From assembly GCA_964057225.1 (NCBI GenBank), contig OZ059895.1, positions 13,888,001 through 13,952,000 of the forward strand: a stretch of 64,000 nt of DNA. Direction: 5' to 3'. The notes under the pieces were generated by a model. That model had not been told where the DNA came from and did not search any database. It worked only from the letters and a program-made list of their open reading frames with translations. Position 1 is the first letter of the stretch, and each line of letters opens with the position of its first letter. Of the stretch, positions 1-14,386 are shown piece after piece. The translations under genes and the position numbers were made by a program. This DNA comes from Auanema rhodensis (taxonomy: Eukaryota > Animalia > Nematoda).

Positions 1-872
1 TGGAAAGGAGCTGACGGACCAGCAAGATATAATTCAAATCCTATACATTATATCAAAAATCATCAGTCATGGACTACTCAACTTACTAGAGTTTACAAAG
101 AGTTTGGCTCCATTCAGGTGTGGCGATAATGTTTTTCTATTAAATATTGTCACTTTAGGGGCTAATAATGACGGGATGGTCACGGTACGATCATCTAGCT
201 TTACTTGCTGAGCTTTTACCAGTAGCATTACCCTCGTTATCAATGTGTATGGAAACGATATTGGTAATGTTTATTACTTTTATATCTTGGTTACCTTTAT
301 TCTATTTGTTTTAGGAAGCTAAACCCATTACTCAATTTCCTCAAACATATGAAAATATGAACTGCAGACCTCCTGTTGAAATGGGTTATGCTAGGGGTTG
401 CCAATTTCCTGGAAAAAATGTATATGAAATAGTCAATGAATATTACCGTTTTCATAATGAATTGAAAAAGTATCAGGAAGATTATGAGCTTAATGGATGG
501 CTTAGTAGAATGGCTGATAATCAGCTTGTTTCCAGTAAATGGTATATTGATGTAAGTTTTATTGTTCAATCCAATCCTCGATCAATTTATTATTTATTTT
601 AGAAAATTGAACCACTGGTTACTGATAAATATGAAAGAATTAAAGATATTGAATCAAGATTAAGATTCGAAATGGGAAAAATCTTTTTCCAGGTTTATAA
701 TTCTTATTAAATCGACATTTTAAAATATTTATTTCAGGATGCCATTGATGAATTTATTTTCACCTACATGGGCAATGATATAGAATGGTTAAAAAAGAAA
801 GTTGATACAATACAAAAAATTTCTGGAGTCAAATCGTTCCCTAAACGCCCTCTGAAATTAAAATCCCTTTAG
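1..872 (+). CDS. hex-3: GH20 hexosaminidase D-like protein (HEXDC family), 3' part; 5' end lies outside the window
   Basis: Spliced translation WKGADGPARY...|GLIMTGWSRYDHLALLAELLPVALPSL...; the TGWxRYDH motif is typical of HEXDC/nematode HEX-2..5. Four short GT-AG introns, TAG at 870-872, AATAAA at 911. The paralog name rests on recalled synteny with tmie-1/oxi-1. Confidence 0.85.
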
Positions 873-1229
873 AACAATATATACCAGCATTAATGGTTTT
901 ATATTCTGGTAATAAACATACGAGTATCTCTTAGGTGCCAAATGCCTCACTTGCTAAATGATAACAAACTTATTGCCCTTTTATGCCCCGTGCCTCATCT
1001 TGTATAATTTGCCTTTTGAATATTTAACCAACGAAATTGCTGCCTCTTATTTTATAATTTGCTCTATCATATGTTTGTTGTTTAGTTATTAAAAACTGTT
1101 TTAAAGTGTTTTTTAAATTTGATTTAAAAGCGTCTTACCGCTTCATATATTCAATTCAGTTTCCTTCAGAATATTGCGATTTGTGCGTTAAAGTATTTTA
1201 ATTTCCTTTCCACTTTACTTAATTAATTT

Positions 1230-1428
1230 CATCTCTGAAGGAACACGAGGCTGCTTCGAGACCCACCAGGGTCCTAATGGTGGCGCATTAATAGGTGGCT
1301 AAACGTTACTTTACAACCAACCTAAGAGCTCCGATGAAAATCATTCGGGCATAACTATTGGTCTTTGCACCAATACCACCTGTTGGCACTTGCCATTTTG
1401 TCTTTTGTCACTGTCGTACTCCTAGATG
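1230..1428. ncRNA. Candidate structured non-coding RNA, family unassigned
   Basis: GC-richer island with five nested or adjacent inverted repeats and no convincing ORF (see finding). Confidence 0.35.
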
Positions 1429-1481
1429 TCCTTTTTCTTAAAGATCTTACATTTTTTATTCAAAACATGTTTCAGAGCATA

Positions 1482-2002
1482 ATGGTTATGGACACAAATA
1501 GCCAATTATCTGCGTTAGATCAGCATGTTGCTCCAGGGTTAAGGCTATGGATGTTAATAGCTCTGGTTTCTGGAGTACTCCTCATTATGGGTTAGCAATA
1601 ATCCAACAAATATATGCAAAAACATATATATTTTTAGTTGTTCTTGTTTGTTGCTTTATGCGTATTCGTATTCCACGAACAAAAAGGCAAATTGATTTGA
1701 TAGCAGCTAAACGCAAAATGAGGAGTAAGAATAACAAGCAGAACACAGGTTTGTCATGTGATTCATATCTCGTTTAAATTCAATTTTTACTGGCAAATCA
1801 ATTTTCCTTTTTTGGTTCTGCCATCGTCACTACAACTCTAATGAAATTTAAAAAATTTAAAGTTTTTTTTATAGCTGATGAAAGAGCTCAAGCTATCGTT
1901 ATGAATTCTATGAGACCGAAAGGAAGTGTTCATCGTGCAGCTCCTGAGAATAGGGAAAAGGAAATCATGCATAAGGGTTCAAAAACCCAAACTGAAGTTT
2001 AA
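1482..2002 (+). CDS. tmie-1: TMIE (transmembrane inner ear protein) homolog, 3 coding exons
   Basis: Spliced: MVMDTNSQLSALDQHVAPGLRLWMLIALVSGVLLIM|VVLVCCFMRIRIPRTKRQIDLIAAKRK...|ADERAQAIVMNSM...TEV*. A single TM helix followed by the CC-x-RIPRTKxxI signature of TMIE. Confidence 0.88.
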
Positions 2003-2388
2003 ATATTTGTTATATATTTATATTGTAAATTAATATTTTTTATTCATAATTTTCTTATCAAATCTGTTAACCAAAGACATAATAGGTGTTTACTATGTTA
2101 TAATTATAATATTGTGCTTTAATTTGTAATTTTTAAATACTATTATGTATATTTTATTTCTTTTCTTGCCTAAAAGTGCTTTAATTCTAGTCAACTTCAC
2201 TCATTCAGCTTTTGTGGTGCCATAATATGAAAGCATAAGCTTTAAGCTTTATCATACTTTAATAAATTTTTTTCTTTTTCGTGTTTTTCCTTTACATATA
2301 TGGTTAACATCCAAATGTTACGTATTCTGCAGCTGGGATATTGTGCCGGGTTGGTTATAGATTTTTTTCGCAGAAATTATGTAGACAA

Positions 2389-5300
2389 ATGAATGAGGAA
2401 TCCGAGAATTCATTATCACTGGAGCTAAGGTTTTATTTTTGATATTTTTAAAATTTTCATATTTTGTTTTACTCAGAAGCAAGATCGAAAGTAAGCTTGC
2501 TGAGTTTGATGACCTCGATCGTTCTGGTAAAACTTTGCTCCTTCCTCAAACCGTCCTGGAATATGGTGATTTCTTAATAAAAAATAATCTTTTAACAGAG
2601 AAAACAGAGGTATGTCACATTTGAAAAATAATTAAATTTTTTGTATATATAGATTCTTTATCAATTTTGTCGCTTGTTGATAATATCATTAGATGGAAGC
2701 AAAGAAACTAACTTCACTACAACTTTTTTGTCTTCTGAAACTATATCACAAGCTAGCCAACTTATAACACATATCTTATCTATTATACCTGACTCTATTC
2801 ATAATGTTGATGTAAGTTTTCCATTAATTAAATATTTACAAAAGCATTTTAGACGTCAAGGGTATCAGAAATTAAAAAATGGCAAATCTTAATTCATTTT
2901 ATGCTAGTTTTTGGCTCTGCAACTACCTGGTCTTATGTAAAAAATGTTGTACAGGTTTTGAAACAATTTCGAAGTTTTTTATTTATATTCTTGTTTATAG
3001 GTTCAAAATATATTGAATGGCATGTGCCAGAAAATGAGTAGCGTCTTATATACAGAATCAAATTATTCGAAACTAGCAGTAAACATTCAGATAATATTCA
3101 TAATTTACAAATATAATTATAGGTTTCCTTATTTATTGCCTGTAATGATTATCGCCCAGTAACAAGTGTTGAAGCGTTAAATGCTTTATTTTCTATTATT
3201 ATGAAACCTTTCCGTGATGGTATCAACGAAGAACTTATCCCTGTTTTTATAAAAAGAGTTCTTATATGCCCAGCTGTAACTTTGTATTTATCTCAACATG
3301 TAAGAATTATATTACATTTGATTGTTATATTTTACTAATTTCAGAATTTAAAATCATTTGCTGATGGAAATCTTTTTGTACGCGCTCTGACGAAAATACG
3401 TCAAGAACCTGAATTATTTGAAAGTGTTGAACCTCAACGAAAAATTAATTTAATGGGCAACATGATTCATCTGGGTTATATAAACCTTTCAACTAAAGTT
3501 CTTATAACTTTTTGGTTCTCAAATGTAATCATAATTCCTTACAGCTTACTCAAGAAACGTTACTTGACTGGACCTGGTTTCTTGGAATTACAATGGCTCA
3601 TTGTATCGAGTTTTCTGTTCGTCCTGGAAGTAAATCAAGCCATAATCACTGGCATCCTATATTTGGAAATTACAAATTACCCATTGATCAGAAGTAAAAT
3701 ATTTGTTCTTCTCTACTTGGTTCTCATTATATGTTGTTCAGAACTGAAGGTGCTTTGAAAAGTGTGATAAAACAGTTACGATTCTTATGGAGTACTCGAG
3801 TTGTCACGGGAATTTTTCAAATTGCATTTGATAGTTCTGACTTAACAAAACCGAAATCTGATTCTTCCCCTCATGATATCAGTACCGCCTTTTCAAGTAT
3901 TACTTTTCCTTTTTTAACATTGATTCTTTATTCTTTTTTAGAATTATTCCGAAGAATTGGTGGAGGAAGCGGATCTAATGTTGAGGCTAATACTATTCAT
4001 GATGAACCTCCAACTCTTCCAGCAGTTGTTTGCTCGGTGTATGTATCCACATTATCATGTATGCCTCACTTAAAAGGAGATATCATATCAGGTAATCTAA
4101 TGTTTGTTGAATATTTTGATGATTTTGATCGATTTTCAGGAATGTGCCATAGTGATCTTCTACTCCAGCAACTTTGGACGTACTTAAAACGTTGGGGAAG
4201 TCCTTATGCTGCTTCTTCTACAGAACCTGTTCCACTTACTGCTGCTCTCAAAGTTCTAAGTCGGGCTAGTAGTCCACATGCTGCACCTTTACACCTTTTT
4301 GCTGAAGCAGCCTCATCTGTCATCTCGTTTGTTTTTTGAAAATTTAATCAGCTTATGATTTCTTATATAGAATTTTGGATGAAGAAGAGATGTATGATAA
4401 AGGAATTCCATTTTCAACTGCTGAACTACTGGGAATAGCCAAGTTTTGTAATTGGTTCTGCTTCAAAGCCATATGGCAAGGCATTATAAGTACGATAACT
4501 TGTTGAAATATTCATTATTAACAAATATTTTCAGATAAAGAAAATGCAGATCGAGGAATATTTGCGGCTGTACATGGATTACTATTAATACTGTATGCTA
4601 GAGATTGCCGTAAATCGTTTTCCTCTGATCCTAAATTTTGGCTTAGTCCGTAAGTTCTTTCTGTATATGTTACTTTATTATAAAATATGTTGTAGCGATA
4701 TTAAAAGTACAGCTCTCATATCTGAATATGAAAAACGAACTCAGCGCGGTATTCTAGTCATGGAGAAGCTCAGTCATTGTATTTTACTACGAGAGCGTAT
4801 GCTTCTCTTTAGAAAATTTATCAGCGAAGAAAAAGTTTTCAACAAACCTTACAATCTTCTTCATTTTATCTTCATTTCAGTGTAACATCGAAGGACCAGC
4901 TTCACTTATTACGGTAACCAGAAATCGGATAGTTGAAGATGGTTATCGACAACTATCGATGTTATCTGATAAAGCCATGAAGAATGTTATACGGGTCAAG
5001 TTTGTAAATCAACAGGTTGATTTCACAGCATTATTTTTCAATAACACTTTAATCTTTCTTCTAGGGTTTGGAAGAAGCTGGTATAGATCAGGATGGCGTT
5101 TTCAAAGAATTTTTAGAAATGACGATAAAGCATGTCTTCAATCCTTCTCTTAATTTGTTTATGGTATGTTCTATAGAACTTAAATGTTATTAGGTGGTTA
5201 CGTTTCTTAGAGTACGTCTTCTGGTGTTCTGTATCCTTCATTGACTTCGTTCGTTCATGAAGATCACATCGATCTTTTTCAATTTATCGGTCGAATGCTA

Positions 5301-6421
5301 GGAAAAGCTGTATTTGAAGGAACTGTAGTCGATGTGCAACTTGCTCCTGTTCTTCTGGCAGCCGTATGATCTGAATCTGAATCTGAAATTGAATTTTGCA
5401 TTGCTTCAGGTACTAGGTGGACGTCGACTATGCGCTTTCGACGAGCTTTACCAGCTTGACCCGGAACTTTATAAGAATCTAACATTTGTAAAACGATATG
5501 AAGGAGATGTTTCTGATCTTGCGTTGACATTTTCAATCAACGAAGATTTACTTGGAAATGTTTGTTATCCTTATTCAAAAATAGCATATGCAGTTTCAAT
5601 TTTAGGTTGTAACAACTGATTTGATACCTGGTGGACGAACAATAACAGTAACAAATGAAAACAAGTAAAATTTATAAATTAATTTGAAAAAACAATTATA
5701 TATTTCAGGATTGATTATATTCATCGGATGGCATACCATAGAGTTTTTGGGCAAACACGTAATCAGTGCAAAGCTTTTGTTAGTGGAATTCAATCAATTC
5801 TTCGAACTCAGTGGTTATCTCTCTTTGCTCCCCATGAAATACAGTATCTGATCAGTGGACAAACATGGTTTTTCTTTTTTTCCTTGAATATCTATTATCA
5901 TTTGCTTATAGTGACATAGATATTGTTGATTTAAAAAAACATGTTCAATACTATGGAGGTTTCCATGGAAGCCACAGACTAATCAAATGGCTATGGGATA
6001 TAGTAGAAAATGAATTCAGTGCGGAGGAACGAAGACTATTCCTTAAGGTACATCATCATCTATATATCTAATACTTTGATCATATTCAGTTTGTAACTAG
6101 TTGCTCGAGACCTCCTTTGCTCGGATTTTCATATTTGGAACCGCCATTTTCTATTCGCTGTGTCGAAGTATCTGATGACCATGATACTGGTGATACATTG
6201 GGAAGTGTCGTTCGAGGCTTTTTAGCTCTTCGAAGAAGTCAATCCATCACAAGACTTCCTACAGGTAATCTGGTAATTCATAAATCAATTGTATATTGAA
6301 CTCATTTACAGCTTCAACTTGTTTCAACTTGTTAAAACTTCCAAATTACAATAAGAAATCAGTACTACTTTCCAAATTAAGATATGCCATTCATGCTGAA
6401 AGCGGTTTTGAATTAAGTTGA
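2389..6421 (+). CDS. oxi-1: UBE3B-type HECT E3 ubiquitin ligase, multi-exon
   Basis: Exons encode [78 protein letters not shown] and [17 protein letters not shown]...GFELS*, the UBE3B-specific HECT tail. All junctions checked are GT-AG. ATG follows a TTTTTTTCGCAG acceptor. Confidence 0.93.
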
Positions 6422-6735
6422 ATATTTAACGAAAGTTTCAGTTTTACTTTGTATTTCTAAAATATTTTCTGTATAATTATCAAAACGGGTTTTTTATTTT
6501 ATATAAATTGCTTACTGTATTCTGTTTATAATCAATTATTATAATGAAAAATGTTTTTAAAATTTTTTTAATGACTGAAAATAGTAAATCATTTAGTCTT
6601 GTTCGATGAAAGTGACACACCTCTTGAGAGAGCCTAGACAAACCCCTTCAAACCACAAAATAAATCGAAAAAATTAATTTATGTTTTGCTATGCTATGGA
6701 GTTTTTCAATACTAATAATATTTTGAGTAAGGATA

Positions 6736-7800
6736 ATGATAGACGCCATGATAAAAGAACCTGAACGATCAATGCATAATGCAGTTGAGGTTTGGAAGGG
6801 AAATCATTTACAGCTGATAGTTAGAGAAGTTTATAAGATTCTGCAGGATAGAATTCCCAAGTTGGGCAGTCACTTCTGGGAACATTGTAGCGAATACAAC
6901 TCGATGATTGAGGCCGAAGCTTATCTTGCATCGGTGCACAATGTGATGGCAGCGCAGGGAATAGCCACTCCCCAAAAGCTGCAAGAGTTTCTAATAAAAG
7001 CGCATAGTAAGTGTAAAGACTTGACATTATGTCTGGAGAATAGCGCAAGAGCGTTAAGAAAAACAGAAAAGGAGCGAGAGTTCGCTAGAAAGGAAGAGGA
7101 ATGGAAGAAATCTTTAAGAGATGGTTGACAGCACGCAGACCTCCATGAGGCAACAGATGAAGCATCAGAGGAAGACCGCTTCCGATTGTCTCAAGCTAAA
7201 AAATGAGAGTGAACCACTCCAGCAGGAGTTAGATAAGCTGTTAAGAAGATCAAGTTCCATGCCACTTGGTGGAGAAAACACCAGGTCGGTTTCGCCCTCG
7301 ACTACAGTAGGGAACAGTACATTGGATAAGATCATACAAATGGAGGTAATATGGAAGGAATTTTTGAAGGGCGAAGCTGAACTGGCTCGCCAACAGCAGC
7401 AGTTCAGCATCAGGAGAGAAACGGCAATTCCCTTGTTTTCGGGAGAAAAACGGTTGATAAATCTGGACCAACATATTAAATTGTTCAGATATAAGTTTTC
7501 GGGGTGTGATTTAGACGACGGAAGTTTAGGTATTCAGTTCCTAGGTACGTTGACACAAAGTCGTTTGTTGAAACGATAGAACCATATTGTAACATCAGTT
7601 CTCCATGTTCGAGGTAAGTGACGAACGAAGACTCACGACCCTGTCCTTCGAAGGATGTCACCAAAACGTAACGGAGTGCGTTAGGCTTTGCCTTGTTCGC
7701 TCAGATTGAATCGTGGGCAGGAGCTGATATGTTGGAGCAATTGCTTCATACAAAAGATTTTTGTAATTTTGAAGATTGTGCAGAGAAACCAATCCGAATT
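6736..7800 (+). mobile_element. Degenerate LTR-retrotransposon gag-like remnant
   Basis: Intronless and more GC-rich than host genes. Two ORFs (6736-7128, 7121-7579) offset by +1 frame; coiled-coil followed by IPLFSGE, resembling the start of a gag capsid region. Further stop-broken fragments run to ~7800. No LTR or pol seen. Confidence 0.55.
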
Positions 7801-9185
7801 CAATGTTCATTCAATTATTGTTATATGTTTCTTATATTTATTTAATATTTATACAGAAGTTAGTAAGATTCACAGACTAGAGAACCTAAAAGGAGTTTTA
7901 ACCTAATATATCAATTTTGAATGAATATCCAGTCTTGATTCGAAAATATCCGTAAATTCCATGAGCTATCCTGATTCGGAAAATAGGTTTTCCGCATAAT
8001 TCGTATAGTCAATCTTCAAAATTATTTATTTTTCTTGAAATATCTCTAATAATCAAAAATTTTCAATGAAAATCTTGTTTTTGAGATGAAGTATACTTTC
8101 ATGTATTTTATTGTGTTTTGTACAAAATTGAATAAGAAAAAAAGATTTTAAGTTTAAAAGTTCGGATGTTTATTGTTATAAATATCCGTTGGAAAATATA
8201 AAATCTCGGAAATTAAGTAAAAGTAGGGAAATATTATAATTGGATTGTTTGGACCATAGGTAGAAGAAGTGAAAAGAGGAATGAATTCTTAATTATAATA
8301 TTTTTAATAAATTATTAATTCATTTCAAATTATGCCATTTGAGTGAACAAGTTGTGGGAAAGGAAAAAAAGTCATTCCTCCTCTTACTTCCTCTCCTCGT
8401 TCATACCATTCATTAGGCTGAGATTGATTGAGAGAGATAGAGAGAAAGATAGAGAGATGGAGAGAGAGATAGAGAGAGATAGAAAAGAGCCGGGAAGAAT
8501 AAATAACATTAATGAGTTCTAAAATCGTAAATTCAATTATAGATGGAATAATTTTTCATTTTTATAATTTTTTAAACTTTTATCATTTATTTATAAAAAT
8601 ATTTTTGTAAATTTCTTTATTAAAATTGAATTAGTACAAGAAGAGTATGATAACAATGTGTAGAGAGGGAGTGAAAGAGAGAGAGAGAGAATTTTAAAAG
8701 TTAATTAAATATTTTATAATCAAAAATATAAATAATTTATATAAATTGAAGATTATAAATTTCTAATTATAAGATAATAAGAAATAAATTTTTTTTATTT
8801 TTTCATAAATTATATAATTTGTACAATGTACATTGTTGATTGAATACATACATAGTTATTCAAATATATTTTTATTTAACTTTATTTTATTTTTTTTAAA
8901 ATTTAAAATTATATTTCTTAATTATAATTAATTTTATAATTAATTTTTCATTTGATTTTAAAATAAACAAATAGTTTTTCATCTCATTCCCTTCATTTAT
9001 TGCCAATCTTCTATCACATTTACGACATTTTATTCATTTCATTTGATTTTTCATGCTTTCGTGAACTTCTTTGGCCCATTTCCTCATTCTCACTCATATT
9101 TACCACATTGTACTGAGAAAATTAGAACTTTTATTGATTTATTTGTAGATATTACTTTAAACATTTCAGTATTCATTTGATACAA

Positions 9186-10444
9186 ATGTCAAGCATAACA
9201 GCTTCTGTATCAGATTCTTCATGCTTAGATACTTCAACAGTAGCATCACGAGCATTTCAAGCTGTATTGTTTCTACACATCATCTGCAGCATCATAGCTC
9301 TAGTGGCAAATGCATTATTTATCAAAAAAGTTTTTTCTAAACTATATTTTCATAATAACATAAAGGTTTTATCATTCTCAATTTCTTTTTTTTTAAATAT
9401 AAGATATTTAAGATTTTAATAATGACAGCTATTATAATGAATTGTATACATTCTTTCATCTATTTATGTCTTCAGGTTTGACCAAAAAAAACTTTTTTTT
9501 TTCAAATAATTTTAATTTCAGTCAACACATTTATATTATTTCTTAACAGTTAATAATGAATGTGATATAATCTTATATCAATCAGTCTGTTTTATGTTTC
9601 GATATCCATCAACAATAGCAATGTTTTCATTTATTGTTTTAAATGGATCAATTGTAATTGAAAGATTATTAGCTACAATTTATATTGAAAAATATACAAA
9701 AAAAAAAGAAATTTATGGTAAAATAATATGTATAATATCTGTAAGTTTTCTTTAAAAATATAAATTATAATATATAATTAAGGTTATAATATCAATAATA
9801 TTACCATTAACATCATTAACATTAACACCATGGACTGAAACAACAACATATTGTAATGCTGTAACTAAATATTCAGCTTCAGCTATATCATTCACATCAT
9901 ATTGTATGTTAGCATTTGATGGTATAGTTCTAATATTATACTATCTAGTTAACTCATTAAATGAAAAATATCGTAAATGGTTTGTTTTTCTTTTAAAATA
10001 TTCAAAGAATACAATCAAATGTATGTTTTAGCACAACATATGATCTGAAAAAAACATATCAAATCAGAGAAAATTGTATTATTTTCCAACTATTAATGCC
10101 ATGGATGATATTTAATTTTCTTATTTTTGCTTTTTTCTATATTTCAAATGCTATTATTCCTTTAATACAAGTTATAACATCAGATAAACTATTACAAAGA
10201 ACTATATTCGCTATTGTTTATGTGAGTTTATTCTAAGTTTATTAGTTTTTCTAAAATATATTTATAGGTTGTACCAGAATATTGTGCTCTTTCTCCATTA
10301 CTTTTATGGAAAATATATTTAAATCAAAAAGTTGAACGATTACGTAATGTTCAAACATTAACCAATCAATGTGTTAATGCTGATGCATATTTTCGTGGAT
10401 ATACATGGACATCAAATACTATTTATACTTTTTTAAAACATTAA
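9186..10444 (+). CDS. Serpentine chemoreceptor, Sra/Srb/Srab superfamily
   Basis: Six exons: ...LYFHNNIK|ILIM..., CFMFRYP, VIERLLAT, YDLKKTYQIREN, LSPLLLW; seven hydrophobic segments. Confidence 0.88.
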
Positions 10445-10846
10445 TTATAATAAAATATAAATATATATTTATATTAAAAAAACTTTTATTCAAAAAAAAA
10501 AAAAAGAATAATTAAACAATTTTCACGTAAAAAGTTGAGCTCGTAATAATCTCATAAATCCTAGCTAAAATTAATGAAGAAAAAAAGAAAAAAAAGTGTA
10601 TTATAAGCTTCTCAAACATAAAAATTACCCGTTTTCTATATATATATATATATTTCTATATATTTTTCTTAATTATTATATTATAAATCATAATTTTGAT
10701 TTAGAAAAATGGAAATAAACCCTGTCGTATGTTTCATTTATGGCAAAAATTCATGGCATTTTGAAGTTTAAGGAGAGAAGAGATCAAATTTTCAAATTAA
10801 ATTTTCCCATAATCTTTATAATTTATCGTCAATCTTAAAGCTTCAA

Positions 10847-13800
10847 TCAACTTGTGTCATCCAAACGTGGTAAGCTTCGTGGTTGATGAGTGACACCTGC
10901 TCGTCGAATAACGTATGACGTCATCTACAATGATGAAGAATAGTATTCTTTAGATTTAAAATAATAATAATATTATATTATATAATAAAATTATTATTTG
11001 AATTATAAATAAATAAAATTTTTACATGATTAGTAGATGTTGATGATGTTCGTCGGATAGTATGTACATTAGATTCAGAAGCGACTTGTTGTTGTTGTAG
11101 ATTGGAGCTCGTTGATATCGACCTGAAATCATTAAAGATATTTAAATAAATTATAATTAATAATATTAATTGTATTATCTTCAATTTTAGAAGATAAATA
11201 TATATATAAAGCGAGCAAAAAAAGCAAAACATATCCCACCACATAATTCATAAATTTAAAAAAAAAGCTGTACTTAGCATTAATATTTAAATTGAAAATT
11301 TAATTATTTTACCCAAAATATTAGTAGAAAAAAGCTATTTTCAAACTTTTAAAGGTAAATTACTTACAGATGCTTCAGAAAAGTTAGAAATTCTGTAATT
11401 CAAAGGCATGACATGCGGAGTTAAAATTTCAAATAAAATGCATAAAACATGCTAAGAAGTTAGTTGTTGTTTGTTGTTGTTTGTTGTTGTTATTTATTAT
11501 TATATTTTAAATTTAAATAAATAGATTATTCAAATATAAATGTTTTAAGGAAAAAACTATTTTACTACATAGAAATATATTGAAATAATCTAATAATACT
11601 AATCATACCTGTTAATAGGTGGATGTTTGACATGAATCTTTGGTGATGCACTTGTAACAGGAATGTAGACCTTGAATCAGAAGAGATGCATAGTTAAATA
11701 TATTATAGTACATGCTAACTATATATATATAAATAGTTTAATATATTTTTAGAAAACAAAAAAAAAATAAAATTTTCTAATAACTAACTAGAAAGAATTT
11801 CAGAAAAAAAAGGTTATTCTACTACTATTATATGTATATTAGAAGATTAAATATCATTCATCTAGTAATTGTTAATCAAGCAAAGTATAAAGATGAACTC
11901 AAATTTATTTAAAATTTTAAAGAAAATAAAAAATAAAAAATGAAATATACCTTTTGGAAATGATGTCGAATTACTTTTTTACGTCCAAATATGGCATAGA
12001 TAGCATTTCGGAATTTTTTGTTTAAAAAACAATAAGTTATAGGATTTGTACATGATGAAATATATGTTAGTAATGTAATAAATGTATTTACATCACTATT
12101 CCATACTGATAATCCTAATTTCTAAAAAAAAAAAAGTTTTATGATGAAAAAATTCTTTTAAAAAACCTCAAATGAATCTCCAGCCATTAGAAGTAACCAC
12201 CAAATATATGATGGTGTCCAACAACAGAAGAATATGACAACAACTACAATGAGCATTCTGAAAGTTTTTTTTGTTGTTTTTGAAATAAAAAAATTTCAAA
12301 TTTACTTGATAACTCGTTGTTTAGCCATTGCTGATTTCTGATTATGTGTTGATCTAAGTGTATTTTCTAACACTGAACTTTCACTTTTTCGATGAGATAA
12401 TGCCGATGGTACTGATCCTATTGAAACTGTTCCTGTGCTTCGAGCAGATCTAAAACTTCTTCTCAAACTTGAGCATATTCTCCAAAACTTATAGCTTACG
12501 TCAACTTATCACGTGTTGGAGTTGCTTTAATTTTTCGTTTTAATTTTGATAACATGCTCATCCTTGTATTTTCCATTGTAACCATATCATCAACGCTATC
12601 TATTATATAAATTATTATATAAATTATCAGATAAAACTTACTTTCATTAGCATCCGAATTTTCTACAGCTGCAATTTCAAGTTTTATTCCCATTTTTAAT
12701 TGACGTATTACAGTACTATATAGAGTTGTCATTACTAATAATGGTACAACACATAAAACAACTGTCATATAAACCTTAAATTATATTAATTATATGTATA
12801 TATAGTTAACTATATATACTTGATAAGCAAAATGATATATTGGTGGATATATTGGTGTACATGTTATACCAGTTCCACTTGGTGTATCATATCCCTAAAA
12901 AAATAATTTTTTTCTTATAAAACATTTATCTTAATACTAACTCTTTCTTCATACATGAATATTAATAGAATATTAGCTATAATAGCAATTGCCCATACAA
13001 CTGTAATCATTGCATAAGCATGTGAACTAGAATTTGAAATATTAAAATCATATATTAAGCATAGTATACCGTGTTTGCCATATTCTTGAATGTAATGGCT
13101 TACATATAGCAAAATATCGTTCAAAAGCTATAACAGCTAATGTATAAGCTGATCCTGATACAACCACAGCTAAATATTATAAGAATTACAAAGAATTTTA
13201 ATTATATGTTTACGTTGTAAATAAGCAAATAATTTGCACATTGTATTGCCAAATAACCAACAGTTCATAACCATTGAAACTAAAAATAGAATAATTTTTA
13301 ATTTATATCATATAAGTTAAGACAATATTTATATAAACTAAACTATATGTATAATTATAATAAGTTATTTGTTGTTACTTGTAAGTTTCTTCATTTAGTG
13401 AGTAGTGGATGACAACAAATACATCAAAAATCTTTTGAATTTTATAAAGAAAATGCTTACCAAGTGTAGGTGGCATACATATAACTGATAACATAAGATC
13501 AGAAAAAGCCAAATTAATCAAATATATGTTTGTAATACTTCGCATTTGTCTTTGCTAAAAAAAGAAAAATAATAATAATAACAACAACAACAACATAATA
13601 AATAAATAAATAATAAATACCTTTAATATAACTAATATGACCATTGAATTACCAATAACAGATAATAAAAATATTATTATAAATACAGTTATGACAATAT
13701 AATTTTCTGTTGTACCTCGAAATTGACACAATGATGTCATGGTCTGTAATTAAATTATTGATTGATTTATAATAATTATAATATTTAAAATATTTAAATT

Positions 13801-14348
13801 AACTAACTAATCGAAAATCTTCGTAATCGTATACCAAATTAGGTATATCAGACCAATTTCTAACAGAAGATAAATCCGATGACGATGGCGATGATGATGT
13901 AACACTGAAATTGAATTTTTATTAAATAATTCATATATCTATATATGTAAATATGTTTTTAATATTATATAAATTTAAATTAAAAATGTTCAAAAAAGGA
14001 AGGAAAGAAGTAAAAATATTTTATTGAAAACGGTAAGAAATAAACAAAAAGTTTTTTTAATATTTCATAAACAGGCTTAAAGCTTAAAAAAATCTTTTTT
14101 TTTCTAAATAAATGATAATATTAATAGTTATTATGTGATTATTTATATAGTTATTACATATATATATATATATATTTTACTTTTTAAAAATGAAAGTTTT
14201 TGATGATACTTGGAAGATTTTAAATGAAATATTTTATAAATAATGCCAGATATTCACAAGAAATGTCTCAAAACTTCAAAATTTTATCGTCTTCTTCCTT
14301 TATCTTTGACGGACCAAGTGATTGAAGTCATTTTGGAGAAACTTTATT

Positions 14349-14386
<38 letters not shown>

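Noticed and set aside
1316-1328. AACCTAAG as a telomerase RNA template (nematode telomerase RNA is reported to be intron-hosted)
   Set aside because: It does not match the GCCTAA complement of TTAGGC, gives only a minimal repeat, and I found no convincing pseudoknot or H/ACA domain. The rde-4 intron has no CCTAA at all.
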